In this document: positions 50,048 through 61,399 of the stretch, piece by piece
Layout of the letters: each line of letters opens with the position of its first letter
Position numbering within the stretch: position 1 is the stretch's first letter
From: Nemertoderma westbladi
Taxonomy: Eukaryota; Animalia; Xenacoelomorpha
Length of the DNA stretch: 64,000 nucleotides
Reading direction: 5' to 3'
NCBI GenBank assembly: GCA_032718475.1
Contig: JAUCBJ010007442.1
Location: forward strand, 874-64,873
Translations under genes and position numbers: made by a program
The notes under the pieces: model-generated
Database searches by the model: none
What the model saw: the letters and a program-made list of their open reading frames with translations, nothing else
Told to the model about the DNA's origin: nothing

Positions 50048-53000
50048 TATCGTTCGGAGTGGGCGTGTGACTCTATTATTTTATATTATTTTATTATTTT
50101 TATATTTATGTATGTATTACTATGTAATTTTATTATAATCGTTTTATTTAATTTAGTAGAATATTATTTAGCGATTATTTAGTAGAATAGTGCAATATAT
50201 TCGTGTTTATTGCGTACGTAATTACTTATATTATATTTAGTGTGACGGTGAGAAACAAGTGTTTTTCTCTTTCCTTACTGTCCGTATTATACTATAAATA
50301 CGTAACTACAGTAAGATGAAATGTCCGTACTTATTAAAGTACAATAAAGCCACTACTATATTCAAGTATTATTGGTAGGCAGAGTATTAGGAATGCAAAG
50401 TTCAGATCCTCGTGTCTCGGCTAAACCAAGCTCTGGGTAGACCTTGGAAACGACTTGCCTCTTCACACTGACATTGCTTCGTGCGATATTGCTCTCATAC
50501 CGTATATTAAATAATACATATAGTAGCGTGATGTCCCTTTAACAGTAGCGTATAACGCAAAATAAATCTGTTAAACCCTTTGACCATCTGTAATTCTAGT
50601 CGATTAAGATATCGCGGCACCCACCGATATACTTGAAAGACAAATTCTAGAATCAGTGGTTAACGTCCCCAGACAAGTTCTGGAATAAATCGGTGCCCAT
50701 CTCAAATATTAATTATTTAATATTTGCAAATCTAATAAATCAAAATCTGTAAAATTCAGATCCTTCAACAATTCTAGTCAATTAAGATATCGTAGCATTT
50801 ACCGATATTCTTAAAAAGACAATTTTCATAGAATTAAGGATCTTGTGTCCCCAGACATGTTCTAGAATCAAAATATGTCAATTTAATTATCAAATAATAA
50901 AATTTCAGGGAATAAATTTAAATTCATGCCTTTTAATGAATTTAATAAATTGCCATTTTTACGCAATTTATAACATTCCCAAAATTCCATTAATTAATAG
51001 ATCAAGGGAGCGGAGATTTATCTTATTATGCGTATGAGTGTGCGAAAGTCTCCCAAACATAGTCAATAGCCGATAAAATTCATAAAGCCATGTATAAAAC
51101 AGGACATTGACCATTAAAGAATTACTATTAAATAACATCCCAGATCTGTATGCATGAGAATTACCCTAATTCTACCGCTAGCTTTACATAATGTCACCAT
51201 AGCAACAACCACGCTAGAATTAGAATTGAGTTAAAAGAACAATAGAAAGCTTGTCCCATTGAATAGCATAGGGAATAAATAGCGCACTGCTAGTATCCAA
51301 GGATACATAATAATACAGTGACATTCTGGAAGGCATTGACTAACGGACAAATGGCCCGAGTGTGTGTAATTTGTGACAAGTTGTGTGTGTGGTATTTGTG
51401 AGTTTATAGGCGAATGTTACTACTAAGGTGTGTTTACAGTAGCGAGTCGCAATTGTGAAAGTAACCCTAACTCTCCAGTAAGAACCTGAGGTGTATCTAA
51501 GCCTTTGGGACGGACAGTCGAGTGACTTGTGCCGGTTGTCGTTGTCGTTGTGCGGCTACGTCGTTGGCGAAAGTACAGCGGCGACGACACATCGGCGCTG
51601 AGGATCTCGCACTGTCCGGGGGCTGAGTGGGGTAGGCAGCGACGCTCGCTAGCCTAAATATAAACTCATTATAATATTAATAAACTCATATATAGCAGAT
51701 ATGACGGAGTTGATAGAAGATGGTCTTGGTATCAGGGAGCGATATACTCTACTTTCAAGCGTTTGTTGATAGCTTGATACGCGGTGATACTAGTCCAACT
51801 ACTACGGAGGATGATGGTCGTTATATCGAACCTACGATTTCCTGGAAGTAACTTACGCGTGAATTGGACTATGGAAAATTCACCGCTCGCTACACGCATT
51901 GTAATGGTATGTATATGGACTTCTTAACCATTGGCCATTCTATCGATTTACACGATACGGACTATGTCGAACATATCCTACCCAGAGGAGTCGAAACGAT
52001 AAACCAAAATTCTAATGCGAAAATCCTATTCGAAATCGACTCGAAAGAAAAGACATTAAAGAAACAAATAAACGCGGTAACTCCAACATATATTTGGAAT
52101 TCTTGATAGAAGCATTGTAACAACAAATAAATATCATCCGCGTTTCCCCTACCAGACGTGCGTCTTTGGTATTATTACGATAAATGCCCTAGACCCAGCC
52201 AGTGGACGGAAAGACATAAACATCCACGGAAACGTTGTGTTAAACACAGTTGTGCTCGTTATATTTACTGGAGTTTCGAGCGAAACTTGTTTGACGTATC
52301 ACCTATGCTCACTCGGCTCGAACGATCCTGGAGTAAACCTACGATCAGAGTCCCGGAATACTCGGTCAAACCTCCTCATTCCTTAGTTGGACCTCAGACC
52401 TGCGATCCTGGTGGTGTCGCGGATCCTCGCGGACTGTATTCACTGTTCAAAGATCTAGTGCTACCCTAACAATTAATCGGTAACACTCCGACAGTGATTT
52501 CTAGCTAGCCGCCCATCTTACCTAGCCGGATTGTGACGCGGACACCTAATATCACTAGCCATCCGTATGGTCGTCCCCGTTTAACGCGATACAACCCTTC
52601 ATCAAGGTGAAGGAGAGCATTGTACGAAACGAGTTAAACGCTATTCTATAAAGATCAAAAAGGAAACCTGCGTTTGTTCAGATAAACATAAGTTATAACA
52701 GTAAGTCCAATCGATAAACGAATTGGCCTTATCTCAGTTCGATTGGGAAATCTCGAATCTCTAAGAAGATATCAAGCTTAGAAAACCCTATTCTCTGCGA
52801 GAGTTTTGGACGAACGTATCCCATGACAAGCGGAGGAAAATCAGCTCGAGGAGAAGCATATCGAAATGGACGAGACACCGACCGTAAACCCAAACCTTCT
52901 AATGCAATTGTATTGCACCCTTTACCCAGGAGTTATAGCCTTTCTAGTAAAGTGGCTCGCCCCAAAGAGAAAAGGACTCTTGCTGGCCTCGGGAAACTGC

Positions 53001-53107
53001 GTGAACGCCGTCCGCGCAAGAAAAACTAACTGTTTAGAGTATCTTTATGTTTTAGAAACTGTGATTTTTATATTTTATAGACTGAAAATCCCATTTTCTG
53101 GGAGCGG

Positions 53108-54289
53108 TGTAAAAGCCTTTGCTGAATTGCCCCGTTATTTTTCTTATTTTTCCATTAGAGTACTCTGTAGTTGATTTAATAGGCGTAAGAGACCGTACGT
53201 ATTATTGCTGTATCGGTGTTTTTTAGAGGATCTAAGAGCTATTTCCTCCGTATGTGTACTGTGGAAGGCATAGTTGATGATTCTATGGCAATTCCGTGAC
53301 GCAAAAGGGGCTAGATACTCTTGAACAGTAGTTACTATGACGACGGTTAACAGCTGATATTCATACGTTTCTTTGTTCTACGGCGTCTCTTAGTTTAGTC
53401 AACCAATCAGAGCGTTTTTACGGCTCTTGTACAGAAATTTCCGAGAAATCACGCAATGCATTATGGGCAGTGTTATCATTCTGTTCTGAGCCAGGAAAGA
53501 ACGGCTTTTAGAATATTTGTGTTTTTCTGCTTTTAGCCTAACACTAGTAGGCTTAATTATAAGGACATATATCCGTTATCTACACTATCCATAACTTAAC
53601 ATATCATACATATCTTACTTAACATTACTGCTTTTGCTGTCGGTTATTCATTATCTTTGTTGATGAAATATTATATTTGGAATAACGAGAAATAACCCCG
53701 AAAACCCAATATTCTTGATATACCGAAGGTAAGAGAGACAGGTTACATATAACGATTGTGACTTATGTTAAAGTGGTTTGAAGTGAATCTAATGTTATTT
53801 GATAGACCCTACATGATTCGGTCTGTGTTCCTTTTATATGTGACTAAAATCAGTGAAGATCGGCAGATCAGTGTGCAGTATTGTGCAGCATTGTGTATGA
53901 GTGAGACTGATAACGAAGCATTTCCTAAAGAATGCGCCATATATGTGAATTATAACTAGGCCATATCGTTGCATGTAGTTTAAGTCATAGCTCTGTTTAT
54001 ATAGATAGAGCGCCACGTCCAAAAGGAACTGTTAATATTCCCCGAAGGTGAATAATATTGTCAGAGATTATAATACTGTCAGTCGAATAATACATTAGGC
54101 TTACATAGCAATAAGATTAAGCCGTCGAAGTCAATCTCCCGGGTATATCCAGCGGGTGAATGATCGCGCACGGATTGGTTTCAACTAGTGTAGTGAATCA
54201 AATACTTGTCAGAGGCTAAAAGCGATTTATTATCTAGAAGACATCCTAATTTGGCGGGTTAAACTGCCAAAGGTCTGAAAGCGCGAACA
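53108..54289 (+). repeat. 3' LTR (1182 bp), preceded by short purine tract GGGAGCGG
   Basis: TGTAAAAGCC...GCGCGAACA; differs from the 5' LTR by a few substitutions and small indels. Confidence 0.96.
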
Positions 54290-55043
54290 CTCCCTCACCG
54301 ACTCACCCAATCAATGTATTACCTCCCTCACCGACTCACTCAATCAATGTATTACCTCCCCCACCGACTCACTCAATCAATGTATTACCTCCCTCACTGA
54401 CTCACCCAATCAATGTATTACCTCCCTCACCGACTCACTCAATCAATGTATTACCTCCCTCACCGACTCACTCATTCAATCAATGTATTACCTCCCCCAC
54501 CGACTCACTCAATCAATGTATTACCTCCCCTCACCAACTCACTCAATCAATGTATTACCACCCTCACCAACTCACTCAATCAATGTATTACCTCCCTCAC
54601 CGACTCACTCAATCAATGTATTACCTCCCTCACCGACTCACTCAATCAATGTATTACCTCCCTCACCGACTCACTCAATCAATGTATTACCTCCCTCACC
54701 GACTCACTCAATCAATGTATTACCTCCCTCACCGACTCACTCAATCAATGTATTACCTCCCTCACCGACTCACCCAATCAATGTATTACCCCCCTCACCG
54801 ACTCACTCATTCAATGTATTACCTCCCTCACCGACTCACTCATCAATGTATTACCTCCATCACCGACTCACTCAATCAATGTATTACCTCCCTCACCGAC
54901 TCACTCAATCAATGTATTACCTCCCTCACCGACTCACCCAATCAATGTATTACCTCCCTCACTGACTCACTCATTCAATGTATTACCTCCCTCACCGACT
55001 CACTCATCAATGTATTAACTCCTTCACCGACTCACTCAATCAA
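54290..55043. repeat. 33-bp minisatellite, ~23 copies
   Basis: Unit CTCCCTCACCGACTCACTCAATCAATGTATTAC. Confidence 0.97.
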
Positions 55044-55654
55044 CACAGATTCACTGCAGGAGCAGATGACAGCCATCAACCTGCGGTTCCTAACTACCGG
55101 TACCTGACTACTGGACTACTGCAGTACTGTAGTCTGCTGTCAATGTGTATTGCGTAGTGGCTTACGCTCATAGATAGATAGATTTATTTATACATTATGT
55201 AAAAAACAATAACAAATACACCAAACAATGTACCGGTATAAAGGTATCGGTAAAGGCTCACGCCTACCATCAACCATACTGCCATACCTTTCACCCCACC
55301 CCACACCAAGGACTACTGAGTAGTCATTGCTTCTGCATGCAGGTATGTCTGGATACGTGCTGACGTGTACACTATCTTACAGTCTTATGCCATAGCCCAT
55401 AGGTACTGCTAAAATGCTGCTAAGCCTGTCCTACCTCTACTGCTCTACCCTGCCATAAGACTCTACGGGTACGATACCTAGTCTGCTAGTACAGTAGTAC
55501 TGTAGTAGCTAGTACCTGCCTACACCTCCACGATATCGTATCCTGCACCTGCAGCAGTCCTGCACCATCTATTGAGTGACTGACCAGCTGACTGACTGAC
55601 GTTTGGAGTTGACAAACACCCACAAATATAAATAGCCAGCGGCCCGTTTCAGCT

Positions 55655-56370
55655 ATGAGTTCCAACATGTATCGTATAGGCGATTACGTTTTCTTCGAGA
55701 CGTCGTCGGGCGGACCCTACCAGATCCGCCGGATTGAGGAACTCAATAAAACCCCCAACGGTAACGTCGAGGCCAAGGTCCTTTGCTTCTTCCGACGACG
55801 GGATATCTCCCAGAGTCTCCTGCAGATGGCGGACAAACACGCGGAAGAACAGGAAGAAGTGGCCGCTGTTGACGACGTTGTTTACAACCAGAAACACCAG
55901 CTGAAGCACCGAGAACTCTTCCTATCCCGGCAGTTAGAATGTCTACCAGCGACACACATCCGCGGAAAGTGTAGCGTTAATCTGTTCAGCGAGGTGGAGG
56001 AGTTGAAATCGTACAGCGACCAGTCGGATTCGTTCTACTACACGCTGGTTTACGATCCGGTGCAGAAAACATTGTTAGCCGATAAAGGCGAGATACGAAT
56101 CGGGGAAGAATTCCAGGCGGTTGTAACCGATACGATCACCTCAAAGGATGACACCAGGAGGTTGGAAGAATTGGAGAAACTTATCTGGAAGGCTGATTAC
56201 TCGCTGGAGGAATCGGAGATTGACCAGTACCTCGTTACGGCACGGTCTATTGGCACATTCGCCAGGGCTCTCGATTGCAACAGCTCCGTTAAACAACCCA
56301 GTCTACATATGAGCGCAGCTGCCGCCTCAAGGGATATTACTCTGTTCCACGCCATGGATATGTTACACAA
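55655..56370 (+). CDS. MTA1: Metastasis-associated protein (MTA1/2/3 family), coding exon 1: BAH and ELM2
   Basis: [54 protein letters not shown]; donor AA|gtaagt. The symbol denotes the family; the specific paralog is not assignable. Confidence 0.96.
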
Positions 56371-56522
56371 GTAAGTTAATTGGTGACTATAACTGTGTAA
56401 CCGTATTAGGTCCATTATTCGCAGAGGACCTTTTGTTAGATCATTTGGTTAGATCGAATGGCAGAAGGGGTGTTTTTCTCAGAATCTGAACCTCTCCTGT
56501 AATGGTTTACTTCTACATTCAG

Positions 56523-56679
56523 GTCCAACTACAACCTATCCAAGGCGATGTGTTCTCTGGTACCGCAAGGGGGGCCGGTACTCTGTCGTGATCAGATGGA
56601 GGAGTGGTCCGTTTCCGAAGCCAACATGTTCGAGGAAGCACTTGAGAAGTACGGAAAGGACTTTACCGACATCCGACAG
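56523..56679 (+). CDS. MTA1: MTA coding exon 2 (start of SANT)
   Basis: ttcag|G...[41 protein letters not shown]|gtaatt; phase compatible with exon 1. Confidence 0.95.
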
Positions 56680-56958
56680 GTAATTTATTAGGACACAACA
56701 TCTACCGTCCCTTACGTGGCTACTTTATAATTTTTCCCTTATTAACTGGACGCCTTTCTTTCATAATATTGGTTTTAACTAATGTTGAATCTAACTGCCT
56801 CAAGTATTAGTGAATAATGGAGTTGGAAGTCAGGAACTCTGTACCAATCGAAATTAGGACAAAAAAATCAAAACCTTCGTTCTCTGCATCTTATAAACAT
56901 TCTTATTTTTAACTTGTTAAATCTCAGAAACAAAAGTAATCACAGCTAAAGGAAAATT

Positions 56959-57111
56959 GTGATTTTTCACCCAGTGATTTTTCACCCAGTGATTTTTCAC
57001 CCAGTGATTTTTCACCCAGGTGATTTTTCACCCAGTGATTTTTCACCCAGTAATTTTTCACCCAGTGATTTTTCACCCAGTGATTTTTCACCCAGTAATT
57101 TTTCACCCAGT
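56959..57111. repeat. 15-bp minisatellite, ~10 copies
   Basis: Unit GTGATTTTTCACCCA. Confidence 0.95.
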
Positions 57112-57500
57112 ACTTGTCCTTTACTCTTCCAACGCCAGCCCCCAGGCCCTGTGTTACTGTAACTGAGAGGGTCGATAACTGTCACCGCATGTACTGTAGC
57201 TGCGCTGCCCACCTGAAACCATCCAACCCCCGCCACCCAGTCATATCGCTGCGAAATGTCGCACGAGGTCGAAAACACCGGAAACATGAATGCAACTAGT
57301 GGAGTGTGTCAATTATTTAAAAGTTATATATGTTTTATTTTTCTTTCTTTTTCATCACTATTATTTGCGTATAACATCATTTAATTAATATTCCAATCTA
57401 TGTTATACTTATTTATAATAATAGTAATTTATTAGAATTAATTAGAATATTAACCCTTAAACTGGTCAAAACTCTTATGAGTTTTGGGAGGGCCAATTCC

Positions 57501-58263
57501 ACTTGGTGAGAATTTGTCCCAATGGTTGTATCTGACTTGGCGAGAACTCTGTCCCATGGTTGTATCTGACTTGGCGAGAATTTGTCCCAATGGTTGTATC
57601 TGACTTGGCGAGAATTTGTCCCAATGGTTGTATCTGACTTGGCGAGAACTCTGTCCCAATGGTTGTATCTGACTTGGCGAGAATTTGTCCCAATGGTTGT
57701 ATCTGACTTGGCGAGAATTTGTCCCAATGGTTGTATCTGACTTGGCGAGAATTTGTCCCAATGGTTGTATCTGACTTGGCGAGAATTTGTCCCAATGGTT
57801 GTATCTGACTTGGTGAGAATTTGTCCCAATGGTAGTATCTGACTTGGCGAGAATTTGTCCCAATGGTTGTATCTGACTTGGCGAGAATTTGTCCCAATGG
57901 TTGTATCTGACTTGGCGAGAATTTGTCCCAATGGTTGTATCTGACTTGGCGAGAATTTGTCCCAATGGTTGTATCTGACTTGGCGAGAATTTGTCCCAAT
58001 GGTTGTATCTGACTTGGTGAGAATTTGTCCCAATGGTTGTATCTGACTTGGTGAGAATTTGTCCCAATGGTAGTATCTGACTTGGCGAGAATTTGTCCCA
58101 ATGGTTGTATCTGACTTGGCGAGAATTTGTCCCAATGGTTGTATCTGACTTGGCGAGAATTTGTCCCAATGGTTGTATCTGACTTGGCGAGAATTTGTCC
58201 CAATGGTTGTATCTGACTTGGTGAGAATTTGTCCCAATGGTTGTATCTGACTTGGCGAGAACT
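57501..58263. repeat. 34-bp minisatellite, ~22 copies
   Basis: Unit GAGAATTTGTCCCAATGGTTGTATCTGACTTGGC. Confidence 0.97.
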
Positions 58264-58489
58264 CATATTTGAGTTCTCTCAAGTCTATTCCCTCTTGGTG
58301 GTTCTTTTTTAAGAAGAATTAGTTGACTTGGTGATAATTCATGAGTTTATGAACCAACGTCTGGACTTGGTAGAGATTATATTTTTCTGCTATTCCTCCT
58401 TGGTGAGAGTTTTTCATATATTTATATTTTAAAGCTCAAAAAATTTTATGTAAAGTTAAGAATTGAATGCGGAATTATGTCAGTTTGTA

Positions 58490-60165
58490 CTACTACTACT
58501 AGGTCGAGCGAACTCCGACAGTGGAAATGAGATCCTTCCAGGTTGTCGCAATTTCGTTTCTCCCAAGTTCAGTATCCCTTTCAAGTTGATCTATATATGT
58601 TATGGCAGGTCGTCCACGACTACGCTTTCCATGAGTTGGTTGGCAGAGAAGTAGATCTGGTATGACCTCGTCTTTACTTCGCCAGCAGTGCCCACTGAAT
58701 CTTAATCTGCGTTCACGGAGGGTGGTTGATACAGGTGGTATTGTACCATAAAGCTCGGCGTTTGTCATGTGTTGTCTCTAGCTGATGTTTAGGGCTGCCC
58801 TTAGTAGTCTTGTGTAGCAACCATCAATTCGTTGTTCAAGTGATTTAGTCAGTGTCGAGGTCTCACCCCCGTATAAAAATACACTTTCCACTGTGGCTCG
58901 AAAGAACTTAGTCTTCAGGTGCCTGGAGAGATCTGATTTCCAGATGGTATCCATTTTTGATAAAGGCTACCCAAGCCTTTGCTTTCCTAACTTCTATGTC
59001 CTTTTTGCTACTCTCTATCTATGATCCAAGGTACTGGAAGTCATCGACCTTCCTTAGTTGATTATTATCAATGGTTGTCAAGTTTCCATCAACATTAAAG
59101 GTCATGAATTCGGTCTTTGTAGCATTTATATGCAATCCAACCTCCTTAGCAGCCCTCTCCACTTTATTTAGTAGAAGCTGTGCATCTGCTAGCGTATTAG
59201 AGAGCAGGGCGATGTCATCCGCAAAGTCGGTGTCTGTGACTGTAGTTGCCGGATATCTACTACATCTGCGTTCTTGAAGTGTGAATCCCAGATCTTCACC
59301 CTTTGTGGCCGTCCTCATTGCGTAATCCAGCACAATTACAATAGTAATGGTGCTAATGTGTCACCTTGCAGTACCCCAGCCAGGATTGAGAAAAACTCAG
59401 TTTCACCATCTGGTGAGAGTACCTGCGCTTCTGTGTCACAATATAACAATCCAATGCCAGCAACAATTACTTCCGGTATTCCATAAGCTCTTAGGATTTC
59501 AAGCATTTTACCTCTATGGATGGAGTCGAATGCCTTCTTGAAGTCCACAAAAGTCATGACTGCGGGGAGATTCTTTGACTTAATTCCTTCAATCAGTCTC
59601 CGTAGTGCAAGTATCTGAGCTATTGTTGATCTACTTGGTCGAAATCCGTTTTGGCTCTTACGCAGTAGTTTCTCTATGTGAGGCCTAATCCTATATAGAA
59701 TCATTTTATTGTATATTTTGGCAGCTACAACAAGCAGACAGATCCCACGATAGTTTGTTGGTATGCCGAGGTCTCCTTTCTTGGGGAGAGGCTTTAGTTG
59801 ACCTTTAGTCCAAATTGGTGGTGGCTTTTCCCCTTTTAACATCCGGTTGCAAACATTCAATAATGGTATGTTTAGCACTCCGGTTTTCCATACCTCCGCT
59901 GGGATTTCATCTAATCCACTAGTTTTATTATTGGACATGCTTTTAATGCTTCTTTGGAGTTCGGCAGGTGTGAAGTCCCCTGTTTCTATAGGTAGTATCT
60001 TGTCATATATTTTCCTTGTAGGGCTGACCTCGATGTTTGGTGGCTGCCCAAGCAAGTTGCTGAAGTGATTTTTCCACTTCCCAACACGTTCTTCAGGACT
60101 ATCGGCTTTGAGGCGCCCCTTTGCACAACTTTTCCGACCAGATACCTCATTTACAGTTTGCCAGG
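58490..60165 (-). mobile_element. 5'-truncated RTE-like LINE (frameshifted RT)
   Basis: NYRGICLL, QNGFRPSRS, FVDFKKAFDS, GVLQGDTLAP, DFADDIALL; (TAG)n tail; 14-bp TSD TATGTCAGTTTGTA at 58476-58489 and 60166-60179. Confidence 0.95.
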
Positions 60166-60817
60166 TATGTCAGTTTGTAATTCATAAAAAGAATGGCTTG
60201 AAAATTATTCGAACATTCTATGAATGTAAAAATCTAAGTGTTGAAATTTTTTTTATCGAATAAGACTAATTATTTTAAAAAATAGCTGCGAATTAGTAAA
60301 TTAGCGATAGACTGCGTAATTTTCAACTTCAGAGGCCGTTAAGAAAAGAAAATTACCTTCAACCTGGTGCTTATAGTTTGACTCTGTAACTTATAATAAT
60401 GAAACGGCCATTAGTTAAAATTAGACAATTTTCCCACGCTTTACTACCGCGTTGTTTACCATATAGCCGATTCAACTACTGTTGTAAAGCTCATCAACAG
60501 CCCAATACAATGGGCCTGGTGATGTTGACAGAAAAGTCAATGCCTCCTTCCTGGCAGCTGATAAACAAAAGTATACCCGAAACTCATATGTGAGTTTATA
60601 CCAAGTCTGAATAGATTCAATAATTCCCACCAAGTAGAACTAACAATCGCAAAACTCATATTTGAATTTTCACCAAGTGGAGATGGCATTTAGGAAAAAT
60701 CGTCACCAGGGTTAAGGGTTAAAGAAAGGGAATTTCATCTGAAAAAAGAAGCGATTTGAAATTCTGCTAAAAAGTCATTTTTGCTAAAAATTTATTTGGG
60801 TTTTTAATTAAAGCTAA

Positions 60818-61121
60818 GTCACTTGGTTCGAGCTCGAGTTACAGAGTATCCACCCGGAATCGAGCTCGAGTTACAGAGTATCCACCCGGAATCGAGCTCG
60901 AGTTACAGAGTATCCACCCGGAATCGAGCTCGAGTTACAGAGTATCCACCCGGAATCGAGCTCGAGTTACAGAGTATCCACCCGGAATCGAGCTCGAGTT
61001 ACAGAGTATCCACCCGGAATCGAGCTCGAGTTACAGAGTATCCACCCGTGGTTCGAGCTCGAGTTACAGAGTATCCACCCGGGTCACTTGGTTCGAGCTC
61101 GAGTTACAGCGTATCCACCCG
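60818..61121. repeat. 32-bp minisatellite, ~9 copies, palindromic core
   Basis: Unit TCGAGCTCGAGTTACAGAGTATCCACCCGGAA. Confidence 0.95.
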
Positions 61122-61399
61122 AAATTTACTATTGATTTCTACCCTACGATTAAACTATTGCGTTGTATAAAAAACGGTATTTTCAGACACCGACCTAGTT
61201 TGATGCGTGTGGCCAAACCCAGAGCGTTTCAAGAATATTGACAACCCAGAATTGTCGTATGCATGATACCATTGCATAAATGACGCTAATTGATACTTTA
61301 AAAGGTGCTGGATGGGAAGAATTTTAGATCGTGATATATTTCGAAATAGCTGCTTTGTCTATCGGAATACATTATACGTTAACTTAGGTGCTGCTAGCT

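Larger units (their letters stand above)
38556..54289 (+). mobile_element. BEL/Pao LTR retrotransposon, 15.7 kb, no matching TSD
   Basis: Two ~1.19-kb TG...CA direct repeats; gag with three Cys/His knuckles; PR-RT-RH-IN order with BEL-type motifs. Confidence 0.96.
57454..60718. mobile_element. Non-autonomous piggyBac-like element with nested minisatellite and LINE
   Basis: TTAA|CCCTTAAACTGG ... CCAGGGTTAAGGG|TTAA; subterminal inverted repeats CCACTTGGTGAGAATT and AATTTTCACCAAGTGG; no transposase ORF. Confidence 0.8.

Noticed and set aside
51460-51475. TAACCCTAAC, resembling a telomere or telomerase-template motif
   Set aside because: Single short match with no repeat tract or supporting structure.
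55139-55152. GTCAATGTGTATTG, similar to the reverse complement of part of the 41-bp satellite
   Set aside because: A 13/14 match in AT-rich DNA is too short to show homology.
54413-58282. Repetitive ORFs at 54413-55107, 56924-57287 and 57413-58282
   Set aside because: Translations of 33-, 15- and 34-bp minisatellites, open in several frames.
60823-61170. 115-aa ORF
   Set aside because: Translation of the 32-bp minisatellite.
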